Below are positions 37,160 through 49,471 of a DNA stretch of 64,000 nucleotides, in pieces. The notes beneath the pieces are model-generated. The model did not search any database, was not told the origin of the DNA, and saw only the letters and a list, made by a program, of their open reading frames with translations. Source of the DNA: Styela clava (taxonomy: Eukaryota). Position 1 is the first letter of the stretch; each line of letters begins with the position of its first letter. The translations under genes were made by a program, and so were the position numbers. The stretch is from the NCBI RefSeq assembly GCF_964204865.1, contig NC_135253.1, forward strand, positions 20,708,001 to 20,772,000, written 5' to 3'.

Positions 37160-37164
37160 ATCTA

Positions 37165-37450
37165 CAGGGTCGTCGCTAGAAAACAGAAAATTTGTCAAGC
37201 AGCTATTTATTTTTCATAAAGAATAATTTTTACAAAGTTTTATACAGGTATATGTTATATTCCCCTTATAGATGATCAAAATGTCGACTGCGTACTCCAG
37301 ACCAGTGTCTTAATCTGGTCCAAGCGCGTGTAACGCTTCAAATGTCAACATGTCGAATATCGTTCCGATTCCACATATAAATACCTATACGCATTTTATT
37401 CGTGACCTCATATAACCTTAAAATTTTCTGCTTTTCTAGCAACTACCCTG
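37165..37450. mobile_element. Tc1/mariner-type MITE (CAGGGTNGTCGCTAGAAAA TIR, TA TSD)
   Basis: ~30-bp TIR flanked by TA; copies at 39828-40113 and 5658-5938. Confidence 0.8.
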
Positions 37451-37989
37451 TATATGTACTCTTCGTGTCCAATAGTTCACACCCAGACAAAGCAGAGCAT
37501 CCATAGCAACACAGCGGGCGCATATGTTGCAATAGCCTAAAGCCTGTCATGGTTGCTATAGTCACCACTTTCGCGATCATATTTTAATTGATGATTTTTA
37601 TGCAACGTTTCTCATTGGCACCATACGAGCTATGTTTCCGACTGCTAAAGCCACAAACAAGACACGCAATACAATACTAGGTATACATTTACAGAAATAA
37701 ATTTGCCTCAAAAAAAAAAAAAAAATTTGCATATTGAACGCAAAATCATCAAATTGGATTGTTCCAAAGGCCTCGCATCTGCATATAATTGGTGCAAAAA
37801 GAATAAGAAACTATCGCAAAAATATTTGCAGCCTCGAACAAAGACACGAATTTGCAAATTATAAATAACCCATACCTTTCCTATTGACAATAACAAACCA
37901 CAGTGTTCCTATACTATATCACCTGGATGAGTACAATCAAGCATATGGATTTCTATAAGTACACCCATTAAGCCACGCCAGACATAAAA

Positions 37990-38262
37990 CACCATAATAC
38001 GCCATTGAAAAAAAACGTAAATTCGATAACTATTTGGGGTAATTGTTTCACTACTAGATATAAATTACCATTATCCACCTATGCAAAAACAAGTAAATTT
38101 GACAGCAATTTTGGCGTAATCGTTTCACCACTTAATACAAATGACCATGGTTCGTCAATGCAAAAGAACGTAAATTTGATAACAATTTTGTCGTAATTGT
38201 TTCACCGCGAGAATTACCATACTTCGTCGAAACAAAAATAAAATTAATGTTATTTTGGCGTA
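37990..38262. repeat. ~77-bp tandem repeat, ~3.5 copies
   Basis: ACCAT...AAAA.CGTAAATT.GATAAC.ATTT.G.CGTAATTGTTTCAC recurs; its left flank is homologous to 47790-47910. Confidence 0.7.
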
Positions 38263-38553
38263 ACGGATGAATTTGTGTTGCAAAGATTTCAATAAATCAT
38301 GCTCGGCCATCATGTTAAAAACCATCTACCGTCTAAACCAGCGGCTCTCGACTTTTTTTCTGTCGTGGCCCATGTTTGTTACACGAAAATCTCATGGTCC
38401 ATATACTTTTCCATGCTAGGGTAAAACTACAAAAAAAAAAATCTTTCAGCAACATGGACACTTTCACTATAATAATTAGAATGAAAATGATCACTCCGCG
38501 GCAGCAGCATTAATTGCTACTCTAATCAAAATCCGTAAATCCGTAAACGAGAT

Positions 38554-38848
38554 TATTGGTCAGAGACCGAAGACTTATCGATCGAAAGTTAGGGGATCCC
38601 CCAAAACAGCGCTCTTACTCCATAGTGACACCTTTTGTCCCATCACTAATTAATTAATAACTCGCTAATTATACGACATAATTCGCCCAAAATCACTAGG
38701 CTTCTGGTCCGAGATAAGATGAATGCACATACAAAATCTGGAGCAGATTCAATCTCGCTTTCGTGAGATATCGCGTGCATCTAACAGACAAACAGACATA
38801 CAGACAAATACATATCAACATTCTTACCGATTAAAATCGATAAGTAAT
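38554..38848 (+). mobile_element. HINE/DINE-1/pearl-like non-autonomous rolling-circle element
   Basis: Subterminal IR ACTTATCGAT (38573) / ATCGATAAGT (38836); CAGACA microsatellite; 3' hairpin CTTACCGAT-TAAA-ATCGATAAG. Confidence 0.65.
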
Positions 38849-39431
38849 AATGGCCAGCCTCTTCACGGGCTTCATAACACCGAGCGTCCGAGAACCCTTG
38901 TTCCAGATCACCCTCGAAAGTATGACAGTGCTGCATATTTACGCGACGAAATGCTGTAATTGACCTAAGTGCCGTTAATTAGACACCGTATGGAGTGGCG
39001 TTCAGTGTAGAATTTCAACATTCTTTTCTAATGAGGATTTGATAGAGAAATATAATGCAAATGCAAAGCTGAGCAAAGATGTAAAGCACCTCATTTAAAA
39101 TATTTGCCTCGGAATCGGGGTTAAACATCTAGCAATTGAAATTTATTTTAAGACATCTTTACATATACGAAGAATAAATGGAGATATTTAATGAATAGGT
39201 TCACTTTTCACATAGAAAAATTCAAGAGTCAAGGCTGTTAATTTTAAAACGGTTAATTGTTAACGTCTGCAAAATTTGAAACACGAAAGAATATTTATCA
39301 CTGATCTTCGTTGGAAATTAAAATGATTTAAACTAAAACCCTCAAAAACACAACAAACAATAAAACAGGTGCTTGGTCATCTCCGTGTAGCGAGTCACCC
39401 AATAACCTGCAATATCTAAAACACCCAATTT

Positions 39432-39640
39432 GGCACTCCTGTAGTGTGTGTACCATGTTAGGGACGGGGCATAATTTTATTCTGATTTTCCTTATTTTAG
39501 TTTTATTACGAGTTCGGGGACTGTCTGTGTTATCCAAATGAATATACCCCCATAGGTTTAAGTCCCTTTACACAACTCGATGTAAAGTAGGCGAACAAAA
39601 TTAGTTACCTTCATATTGGTACACACATTACTGAAGCGCC
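39432..39640 (+). mobile_element. Merlin-like MITE type A
   Basis: Full-length copy. Confidence 0.8.
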
Positions 39641-39827
39641 CAAATCTTGTATTTCTCTTACATTTGAAGTCACGTGAGCGATGCAACTTGCCACTTAAAA
39701 ACAATTATTAATATCTCGTCGAAATATCACATAAAATCCGTATACATCAAAAACAACAATATTTTTAAGATAAGTTTTCTCAAGCCATAGTCGTAGAACA
39801 ACAACAACATGATAACAGAACAATCTA

Positions 39828-40113
39828 CAGCGTCGTCGCTAGAAAACAGAAAATTTGTCAAGCAGCTATTTATTTTTCATAAAGAATAATTTTTACAAAG
39901 TTTTATACAGGTATATGTTATATTCCCCTTATAGATGATCAAAATGTCGACTGCGTACTCCAGACCAGTGTCTTAATCTGGTCCAAGCGCGTGTAACTCT
40001 TCAAATGTCAACTTGTCGTATATCGTTCCAATTCCACATAAATATACCTATACGCATTTCATTCGTGACCACATCTAACCTTAAAATTTTCTGCTTTTCT
40101 AGCAGCCACCCTG
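39828..40113. mobile_element. Tc1/mariner-type MITE, near-identical to 37165-37450
   Basis: Same TIRs and TA flanks. Confidence 0.8.
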
Positions 40114-40248
40114 TATATGCACTTTTTGTGTCCAATAGTTCACACCCAGACAAAGCAGAGCATCCAGAGAAACACAGCGGGCGCATATGTTGCAATAGCC
40201 TGAAGCCTGTCATGGTTGCTATAGTCACCACTTTCACGATCATATTTT

Positions 40249-42247
40249 AATTGATGAATTTTATAATTTTTAAACGTTAAGTAAATTTTATAACACAACA
40301 TGTACAAAATATATGACAATATCACTCTCAGAACAACACTGACTAAGAACGCCAGAATGCACCAAACCCACAATTATCTAGGATTAAATTTATCTAATCT
40401 GGTCTTATCTATTAAGACTGTTTTGCGGCTCTGTAAAAACTAAGTAGTTTACTTTGCGATGAGTTTAATGTTTCAGCCCATATCGCCGTCTTGGCTAAAT
40501 ATCCACTGAGGCGATAAAAGTACGATGCTTTTATACCTGTCTTTCACCCGACTGAGTGAGTACGCGTCTAACCGGGGGTTATGCAAAGCATTAATCGTCG
40601 ATTTGGTTTGCATTTCCTAATTTGTTCTGGTTTGAATTTGTTCATAATGTGCGCTATCGTACAAGTCTTTAAGGCTTGCAGGGCGTAATACTTTGCTGAT
40701 TTAAATTACTCTTTCTCACTATAGGTGGAGCCGAATTGTCAGACATAAAGTGCGCTGCCGCACAAGTCTTGAAAGTTCGTACGGTGTAATTTCCCAATTG
40801 ATGAATTTTATAATTTATATACTTTAAATGTTAAATAAATTTTATAATACAACATGTACAAATAAAATGACAATATCAATATAAGATGACGGATGTACGC
40901 GAGGAACAACACTGACTAAATCACTAGAATGCACCAAACCCCCAATTATCTAGGATTAAATTTATCTAATCTGGTCTTATCTATTAACACTGTTTTGAGA
41001 CGCTGTAAAAACTAAGTAGTTTAAATTGCGGTAGGTTTATTGTTTCAGCCCGCATCTCCATCCTGACTAAGTACTAAAACTATAAAGTACGATGCTTTTA
41101 TACCTGTCTTTTACCCCACTGAGAACGCCTCTAACCGGGGATATGCAAAGGATTATTCGTCAATTTTGGTTTGCATTTCCTAATTTGTTCTGGTTTATAT
41201 TTGTTCATAATGTGCGCTATCGTACAAGTCTTGAAGGCTCGCAGGGCGTGATACTTTGCTGATTTAAATTACTCTTTCTCACTATATGTGGAGCCGAATT
41301 GTCAGACATAAAGTGCGCTGCCGCACAAGTCTTAAAGGTTCGTACGGTGTAATTTCTCAATTGATGAATTCTATAATTTATATACTTTAAATGTTAAATA
41401 AATGTTATAATACAACATGTACAAATAAAATGACAATATCAATATAAAACGACGGATGAACGACCAGAACAACACTGACTAAGAACGCCAGAATGCACCA
41501 AACCCCCAATTATCTAGGATTAAATTTATCTAATCTGGTCTTATCTATTAACACTGTTTTGAGGCGCAGTAAAAACTAAGTAGTTAAAATTGCGGTAGGT
41601 TCAATGTTTCAGCCCGCATCTCCATCCTGACTAAGTACTAAAACTATAAAGTACGATGCTTTTATACCTGTCTTTTACCCCACTGAGTACGCCCTTAACC
41701 GGGGATATGCAAAGGATTATTCGTCGATTTGGTTTGCATTTCCTAATTTGTTCTGGTTTATATTTGTTCATAATGTGCGCTATCGTACAAGTCTTGAAGG
41801 CTCGCAGGGCGTAATACTTTGCTGATTTAAATTACTCTTTCTCACTATAGGTGGAGCCGAATTGTCAGACCTAAAGTGCGCTGCCGCACAAGTCTTGAAA
41901 GTTCGTACGGTATAATTTCCCAATTGATGAATTCTATAATTTATATACCCTAAATGTTAAATAAATTTTATAATACAACATGTACAAATAAAATGACAAT
42001 ATCAATATAAGATGACGGATGTACGCGAAGAACAACACTGACTAAGAAATCTAGAATGCAGCAAACCCCCAATTATCTAGGATTAAATTTATCTAATCTT
42101 ATCTTATCTGTTAACACTGTTTTGCGGCACAGTAAAAGCTAAATAGTTTATTTTGCGATAAATTCAATGCTTCAGCCCATATTGACATCTCGACTGAATA
42201 TTCATTGAGGCGAAGAGAGTACGATACCTCACTTTTATACCTGTCTC
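40249..42247. repeat. Tandem array, ~563-bp unit, ~3.6 copies
   Basis: AATTGATGAATT unit starts at 40249, 40796, 41359 and 41922; high identity between units. Confidence 0.95.
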
Positions 42248-42249
42248 TT

Positions 42250-42650
42250 TAAATTAGAGAAAAAATATGGTTGGAATTTGCGTTTCAAGAAAAATGCAAG
42301 GAGCGCTAAAATATCAAAATACACAAAGCAAGGCTTTCGAGACAATTTTAATATTTGCGTAATTCAGTCCTATGCGTTGGTCACGGGTTTGAATTTTGAA
42401 TCAAAAACAAAAATTGTTTAAAAAATGTTTCTAAGTAATCAGTTTTGTATATAATCTTCCATTGCCAATCCACTGTTTCCCGGGATTTGCACTATAACGT
42501 ATCTTTGAATTAAAGAAAAAATATGGTCGAATTTGCGTTTCAAGAAAAATGCAAAAAACGCTAAAATATTGAAATACACAAAGCAAGGCTTTAGAAACAA
42601 ATTTTATGGTTTGCCTAATGAAGTATTATGTCTGGGCACGGGTTCGATTT
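42250..42650. repeat. Direct repeat, ~150 bp x2
   Basis: GAAAAAATATGG..GAATTTGCGTTTCAAGAAAAATGCAA at ~42259 and ~42515. Confidence 0.8.
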
Positions 42651-43271
42651 AAAAAAAGAATTCTGAAATTTGGTTTTTCACGATTGGGAATTTGACAACC
42701 TATTTAGTTTACACTTTGCATTTATGGTATTTAAGATTGCCGGTAATGGTCATAGGTAGACGTTAAACGATATATATCGGTCTGTGCATGCACTTTTCGA
42801 ATCACCAAGTTATACGGTAACAGCTAACGGGAAAATTGTGTTTTTTAGGATTCTTGGGGTCAAGCTAAACAATTTGCAATGCATAATGCAGAATAATGAA
42901 TATTCTTTACCTTTCATCTTCCCCATGGTACTTGACCAGGTCTTGAAGGATTAATCATCTTACAGGCACATATTTCCTAAGTAAGCATAAAATAAGATAC
43001 CATAATAATGGCTTTGCTATTTTATTATGTTTCAGAGACTGTGAAACATTTTCTAATATACTGCTTCGAAGTTGAAATGTCGCAATTATGGCAATTTTTA
43101 ATTTGAAGCTATTTAAATCAACTCTTGCATTTTACATTCTCTACTTGATGTTGTAAAGTCCATCAGAAGAACAATATATATGGTATATTAAAAGGTGGCT
43201 TTAAATTTCCGGGCTAAAGACCTGGATTGTTAAAAACTTCATATACTCTTATATTACACACACACGTCGCC

Positions 43272-43500
43272 ATGCGCAACCTTCAAATTGGCATATTAGT
43301 GCTCTGCCAAACATTGTTATTGTTTCCATACTGGTAAGAATTTTATCTCTCATGGTGTAACTTTTTTTTGATAATTACGGATCAGGACGACAAGTCTGGA
43401 ATCCAGCCACTTGTCACTAATCAATTCACTATTTACCAGGATTGGCACTAGAACGTATATAACCCACAGTGGGTACTTACTCCATTTATTTTCTAAAAAG
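43272..43500 (+). CDS. Candidate small secreted-protein gene, exons 43272-43333 and 43386-43500; 3' end unresolved
   Basis: GCC-ATG context, signal-peptide-like MRNLQIGILVLCQTLLLFPY, GTAAGA donor, 52-nt intron, open frame to AAG/GTTAGG. No homology recognised. Confidence 0.3.
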
Positions 43501-44346
43501 GTTAGGAAGGAGAATGTAATTTCACGTTCGGGAATTTGACAACGTATTTTGTGTATTCTCGACATGTTTTAGATCAACGGTGAAGTTTGTAGGCAGACGT
43601 TAAATGTCATAGTATATACATGTTAGACAAAAAATAGAATTAATATAAGTTTACATACTGTTACTTTTATTTTACCATACGTTTATGAATTTGCCTCTTT
43701 GAGAAGCACAAAAAGTACGATATATATATGTCCATGAAGTCTTTATTAAAATTTTTAAAATTGCAAAGAGAGCTTTTCGATATACCATATATTATTTTGG
43801 CCCTCACAGATGTATTAAAAATTAAATGAAGCAAAAATACCTAAATATTTATAGATTAAAAAATAACAATTTTGGTTAAGATATATTGAAAACTGACTTA
43901 ATAACAAAATTGAAAAGGAACTTTATGGACACCGTGTAACTACAAAAAATTGGAGATTGACGGTAATAAAGTTCATAAGCTGACGTTAAACATTAAATAA
44001 CGTTCTGTGTCATATTATATACCTAGAATAAAAGGCATGTAATTTGCGTTATAGTAGACGTAAACAAATTTGAATCTTTGGGAAACACAAATTTTTACGA
44101 AATATATGCAAAATGATTAATGAAATTTTTGTACAATCAATTTAGAATGTATTATTTTTAACAATGAAGTGTGAGCAAATAGAGAAAGACGTTAAACATT
44201 TAAAAAACGACTGTGTAATATTTTATATAAATGTCTGATAAAAAAAAATGGAATAAATATTAAGTTTTTATGTCACGTAGTTTTAGTTGTACTTCTTCTT
44301 AACGAATTTGCATCATCAAAAAATGCACTAAATATATACAATATTG

Positions 44347-44501
44347 GGTGCCCCACAAATGTGATAATTTCATTCAGATTTTCTCTATTTCAGTTCTACT
44401 ACAAGTTCGGATGCTGCCTGTCTTAGCCAAGTGAATATACCCCCTGCCCATAGACTTCCATCGCTTTACACAACTTGGTGTAAAGTAGGCGAACAAAATT
44501 A
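44347..44501 (+). mobile_element. Merlin-like MITE type A, degraded/partial
   Basis: Core TTAGCCAAGTGAATATACCCCCTGCCCATAG...GTAGGCGAACAAAATTAG. Confidence 0.7.
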
Positions 44502-45067
44502 GAGTGTTTTTATTTTTAACATTGAATTATAAGCAAATAGATTAAAGGTAAAGACTTTTTTCGGTAAATGTCATGTTTTTTTTTATCACAATCGGTATTC
44601 TGGGTTTCATAGCGACGCTTGGGCGATAAAGGCCAATAAAGTATATTTCTTGTTCCCTATGCGACACGCATGAAATGTCGGGCGTCAGTATTGGATGTGA
44701 ACGCACAGAAATAGTACTGACGTAAAACTGACGCTACAGGGAATCAGTGAATTGTGGTAATTCGTAAGAAAGCATGGGTTGCATGGTTGATTCGAATAGC
44801 GTGTTCCTATTACTCTTGATCCCTTCTCTCTACCTACGCGGACTTAAAAGATCAAACGTTACAAACATACTGTGAAAGTGGGGTTCGTAATACAACCGAC
44901 CTATTTGAAATCCCGAAATAGTAGCGTTTCTGATTGTTGTTGGGACGGTTTTGTTGCATAAGTAATCCTAGGTATCATATGTTCAACTAATGTTCTTTTC
45001 TCTATGCCTATGCGTTAGTGGACCCATACCCATTGCAAGAATGATAGCAATAAATATAGGTTTTATT

Positions 45068-45173
45068 TTCGACTTGGAATGGTAACCGGACGAGAGACTG
45101 TGGTTCGCCATATGGATAAGCCGTCTTATCAGCTTTCCTCTCACCCGGGATAAATATGTAAATCCTATCCTAT
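45068..45173 (+). mobile_element. SINE, 5'-truncated
   Basis: Ends CCCGGGATAAATATGTAAATCCTATCCTAT. Confidence 0.7.
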
Positions 45174-46556
45174 GTGAATGATTTGAATAGTATTTTCCTG
45201 ACTACCTCCACCTTATTTTTGTTATGGTTGATTTAAAATAAAATCTTCTGTAAAATGTTATGCGAGACCTTTGGCTATTAAATTAAGCTGTTGTGTTATT
45301 CAAGTGACATATTGGAAATCCAAAAATAGTACCGTTCATGATTTTTGATTCCTCGAACTGTTTCCGTATATAGTTTGCTTTCTTTCTTTTTTTTTGACAT
45401 AGACTTTTCTAAATTTAAAAAAAAAAATTGATGGCTCCAAGATTATTATATGATAGCTTATCTGCTACTACTAACACTTTTATTTTAGACAAGTCCTTCT
45501 AAGTTAGTAAATTGTTACGATTTCGTTAAATTTGCTTATCTGCTGCGCTTAACATTTTATTCTGGGTAAGTCCTTATAACATGGTAAGTTTTTTTGATTA
45601 GCTAAATACACAACAAAAACCTAAAATAAACTTGAACCTCAAACTGAACTAAACTCAAAAAAGAATGAAGACTAGAAAACAGAAAAATATTTATAAATGT
45701 ATATATCTACACACAAAGTCCAAATCGTGCAATGTTCTTAAATCAATCAAACATATAAGTCTGTTGAGAGCCTAAAAAGAATTCGCAAACAATTTAGCAA
45801 TAATTTAGATAAAACGATCATACCCAATAAAAAATTATTTAACAGAATAAAATTACTACGTTTCGAGTGAACACCTTCATCTATATATATATTAGGAACT
45901 TGAATAATATTGACACAATGGTGGGAAATAGTTCATTTTTGTACCTGCAACAGGCGCAGTTTTTTCTTACCAGCAAAATTTGAAACACAACTATGAGACT
46001 ATAAAAAAAAGCTACAATTTGGCATAATAATCTGATCCAAATAGAATATATGAATAGAAAAATACAACAGAATAACATCATTACGTTTCGATCTATATAA
46101 CAGATACAAAAAGTCCATTTTCGCACCAACTACTACATACACTTCCTCAACAACGATATAACAGATAATGTGCGCTTTTTGTCCAACGAAATGAAAAAAA
46201 AAACATTTTTCATATCTATAGTAGATCTACATTGTTCGGCACGCGAAACGTTGCTAGTCGGATAGTCCACAAATTACATGTAAGTACATATGTACACAAA
46301 GTCCAAATCGCGTTATGTTTTTAAAACACGCTAAATAGGACTGAGGAGAGAAAGAATTAGAAAACATATTATAGAATATAGATAATAAGAATACAAAACA
46401 GTAAGAGTCTATAGCAATACAAAATTATCAAAATCGGAGTAGATTTTATCTTTCATTTCCCAAATCTAAGCAATATCGCTACAATAGTTGACAAAGATCA
46501 TTTTTGTACTAACAACTACATAAACTACACCATTACAGCAAGATAGCATTCCGACC

Positions 46557-46761
46557 GGCGCTCCAGAAGTGTAGCAAAATGGAGGTAACTAATTCTGTTC
46601 GCCTTCGTTACATCAAGTTGTATAAAGAGACTGAATCCTATGGGCAGGGGGTATATTCACTTGGCTAACACAGTTCCCGAACTCGTAATAGAACTAAAAT
46701 AAAGAAAAAGCAAAATAAAATCATGGCCCAACCCTAATGATACATATACTATGGGAGTACC
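46557..46761 (-). mobile_element. Merlin-like MITE type A
   Basis: Both TIRs; TSD ttccgacc/ttcctacc (7/8). Confidence 0.8.
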
Positions 46762-48262
46762 TTCCTACCATCTTCGCGTCCTACGAAATGAAAAAAATCA
46801 TAAATGCCGTGCATTTTATCTGGTAAATCTACAATGTTTGACACGCAAACCGTTTTCAGTTGAATTGTCCACTAAAATAATTTGGTTGTCGCTTTCAAGT
46901 AATCGCGTTCAACCGCCAATTTTAGCAATTTTGTAAAATTGTTGTCGCCTACGAATTTATCTTGTGTAATTTTCAAATTTCACAAAGCCGAAAATTGAGT
47001 AAGTGTGAGTTTAATTCAAATACAATTAAATACGTTACAAATCCAATTTTAATTAAAATTCAAGTTTTGGACACGAAATGGACCTGTGGATCGTTTTGTT
47101 ATCATGTTGTTGTTCTTGTTGGTATTTTTTTTTTCGTGTTGATAAAATATGAAAAAATCGTTTTTCTTATTAACTTATGGATCCAATTGCTTTGGAATTT
47201 TTAGTGCATGGTTAAAGATTGTAATTTTCGCTAAATTGCTATTACTTTTTATGCTATTTATTTCATAACTTTCCGTGGGCGCTATGTGATTCGTTTTTCA
47301 GCTCATAATTTTGTGTCATGACATCATGAAAATTGACACAAAATATTTGTAGCGGTTCTTCGACTTCTCGCGTGCGACTCACTTGCTAGGCGACCTGGTA
47401 CTGTACAAGGTAAAGTATTACATCGCTTGGTTCTTCGTGGAAGACCCAATCCTTTTTTTAAATGTGAAAATAAAATTTCTTCATCTTAAATAGCAATTTT
47501 TCGTAGCTTGAAACGCTTTTTAGACCCTTAAGATTTTTGAGATATATAAAAATTATCTATTTGTAAGTTCTAATATGCGTTTATAATATTTTGAGGACCT
47601 TGGTTTGGCAACTCTTTCTGAAGGCATATTTTCACCTCGGCAGAGGCTTCAAATTGAGCTACAGTAACAACCAAGTCTATTTGCAGTTCACGTGACTTAT
47701 TTTGTCCAATCACAGTACATAAGACAATTGTGGAGTACACGAGCGATCTATAAATTGTGCAAACGTTACCTATTATCGTTGAGTTTGGGTAACCATGTTC
47801 TATAGCATCATTAAGTGCAATCAAACATATTGATTTCCATAAGTACGTCCATTAAGCTATGTTAGACACAAATTACCATACTAAAGCCAATGAAAAAAAG
47901 TAAAGTTAATATGGCGTTATCAAGTTATCAATAAGTTACACTCAGCCATCAGGCTAAAACTTTATCTGAGTACTTTATCTATAATACTACTATACTGTTA
48001 TCGACCCACCACTCATATTCTGGTCTGCTTTGTTCGATTTCGTTTCGGATTAGAGTTTATAATTAGAAAAGTTGGGCAATATTCTAGTCTAAGATACTCA
48101 AATCACGAAATTAGTATAATACTGTAAAATACTGTATAATACCGAATACAATTTAATAGACTATATTTTATAAAAGCGTCTAATAATGAGTTATTTAATA
48201 TTTTTTACAGTTCCCGAAATACATACAATGAATGCTGTTCTATTAATATTGCCCCATTTTCC

Positions 48263-48498
48263 GGTACTCTTGTAGTATGTGAACCAAGATGGCGGACACC
48301 GGAACGTAGTATGTGTACCAGGTTAGGGTTAGGCCATAATTGTATTCCAATTTCCATCATATTAGTTCTACTACGAATTCGGGAACTAGCCAAGTGACTC
48401 CCGTAGTATTTGTACCTAGAATTATGGCTTGAGACTAACCTGGTACACATACTACGTTCGTGCGTCCGCCATCTTGGTTCACATACTACGGGAGAACG
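48263..48498. mobile_element. Merlin-like MITE type B
   Basis: Arms with CAAGATGGCGG / CCGCCATCTTG. Confidence 0.8.
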
Positions 48499-49471
48499 TC
48501 ACAGTTAGCGGGGCCGGCCGGAAACTTAGGTTTCGAAAATCAAGAAGTTTTAAAAAGCATTTCAACCAACAATTTTCCTATTAGTGAAATGCTTTAAAAT
48601 AAACAATTAACCGCATACGCTGAGTTATAAAAAAATTAATTATTGAATTGTTCCTGACTATATACCTGAAGCCTGAAATTCCCAATTGCCAAGTTTGACC
48701 GTAACAGTTACTGAGTCAGGCGAGAAGAGTGTTGAGAACCTTTAAAGCGTTTTATGCTACAGTGTTAATATTACTGGAATGCTTTAAAAAAGCTTTGAAT
48801 GCTTAGGTCGAAACCTCCCTTTTCAAAAATAAAATAGAAACGCTAGCTGTCACGGTCTAACTTGGCAACCAATTCATTCAAATATTCGGACCCAGCCCCG
48901 AATCCCCCCGCCTTTTAAAAATTCCTAGCTACGGGCCTTATTCTACCGTATTATTGTCACCACTGATTTTTAATCCAGTTTATTCGATTCTGTATATGCG
49001 AGTTAGAATTGAAAATATACGAAAATAGCCTAACTCAACTTATCCTCACTTAATTAAAGGGTTTAACCTGAGATAAACAGAAAGGAGATAAAGAAATAGT
49101 TGTGATATTTTTGATGATATTTATAAATTTGATTTGAGAGATATTTATCTACATAATATGTATCATCAGGTAATTGTTACTCATTTGATTTTTATTTTTA
49201 AAAGTAAATTCATGTTCCATATACCATCAAATAAAACAGGGACAGGATAGCACCGAAAATACTCTATATGAACTAAGTATAATAATGTAGACTATATTCT
49301 ACAAAAGCTGGCAATTCGAAGTTTTAAGGGCTCTCAAAATATATATATAAATAAAAACTGAATAAAATTATAGTAATATATCCTAAATCTAAAAATATTT
49401 TCGACGTACAATAAAAGTATAGCACAGAAAAATACTTCAAATCATTTAAATAAAATATATATCCTATATTC

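Noticed and set aside
40001-40373. Membrane-protein-like ORFs
   Set aside because: They straddle a MITE, a duplicated flank and the satellite; frames are broken in the second copy at 37160-37592.
40249-42247. Possible SL RNA, 5S or snRNA tandem gene array, or CRISPR-like array
   Set aside because: No spliced-leader, 5S or snRNA sequence recognised; units repeat in full with no unique spacers; eukaryotic context.
42911-42976. Minus-strand exon-like EICACKMINPSRPGQVPWGR* (amidated-peptide-like end)
   Set aside because: No compatible upstream exons or signal peptide found on that strand.
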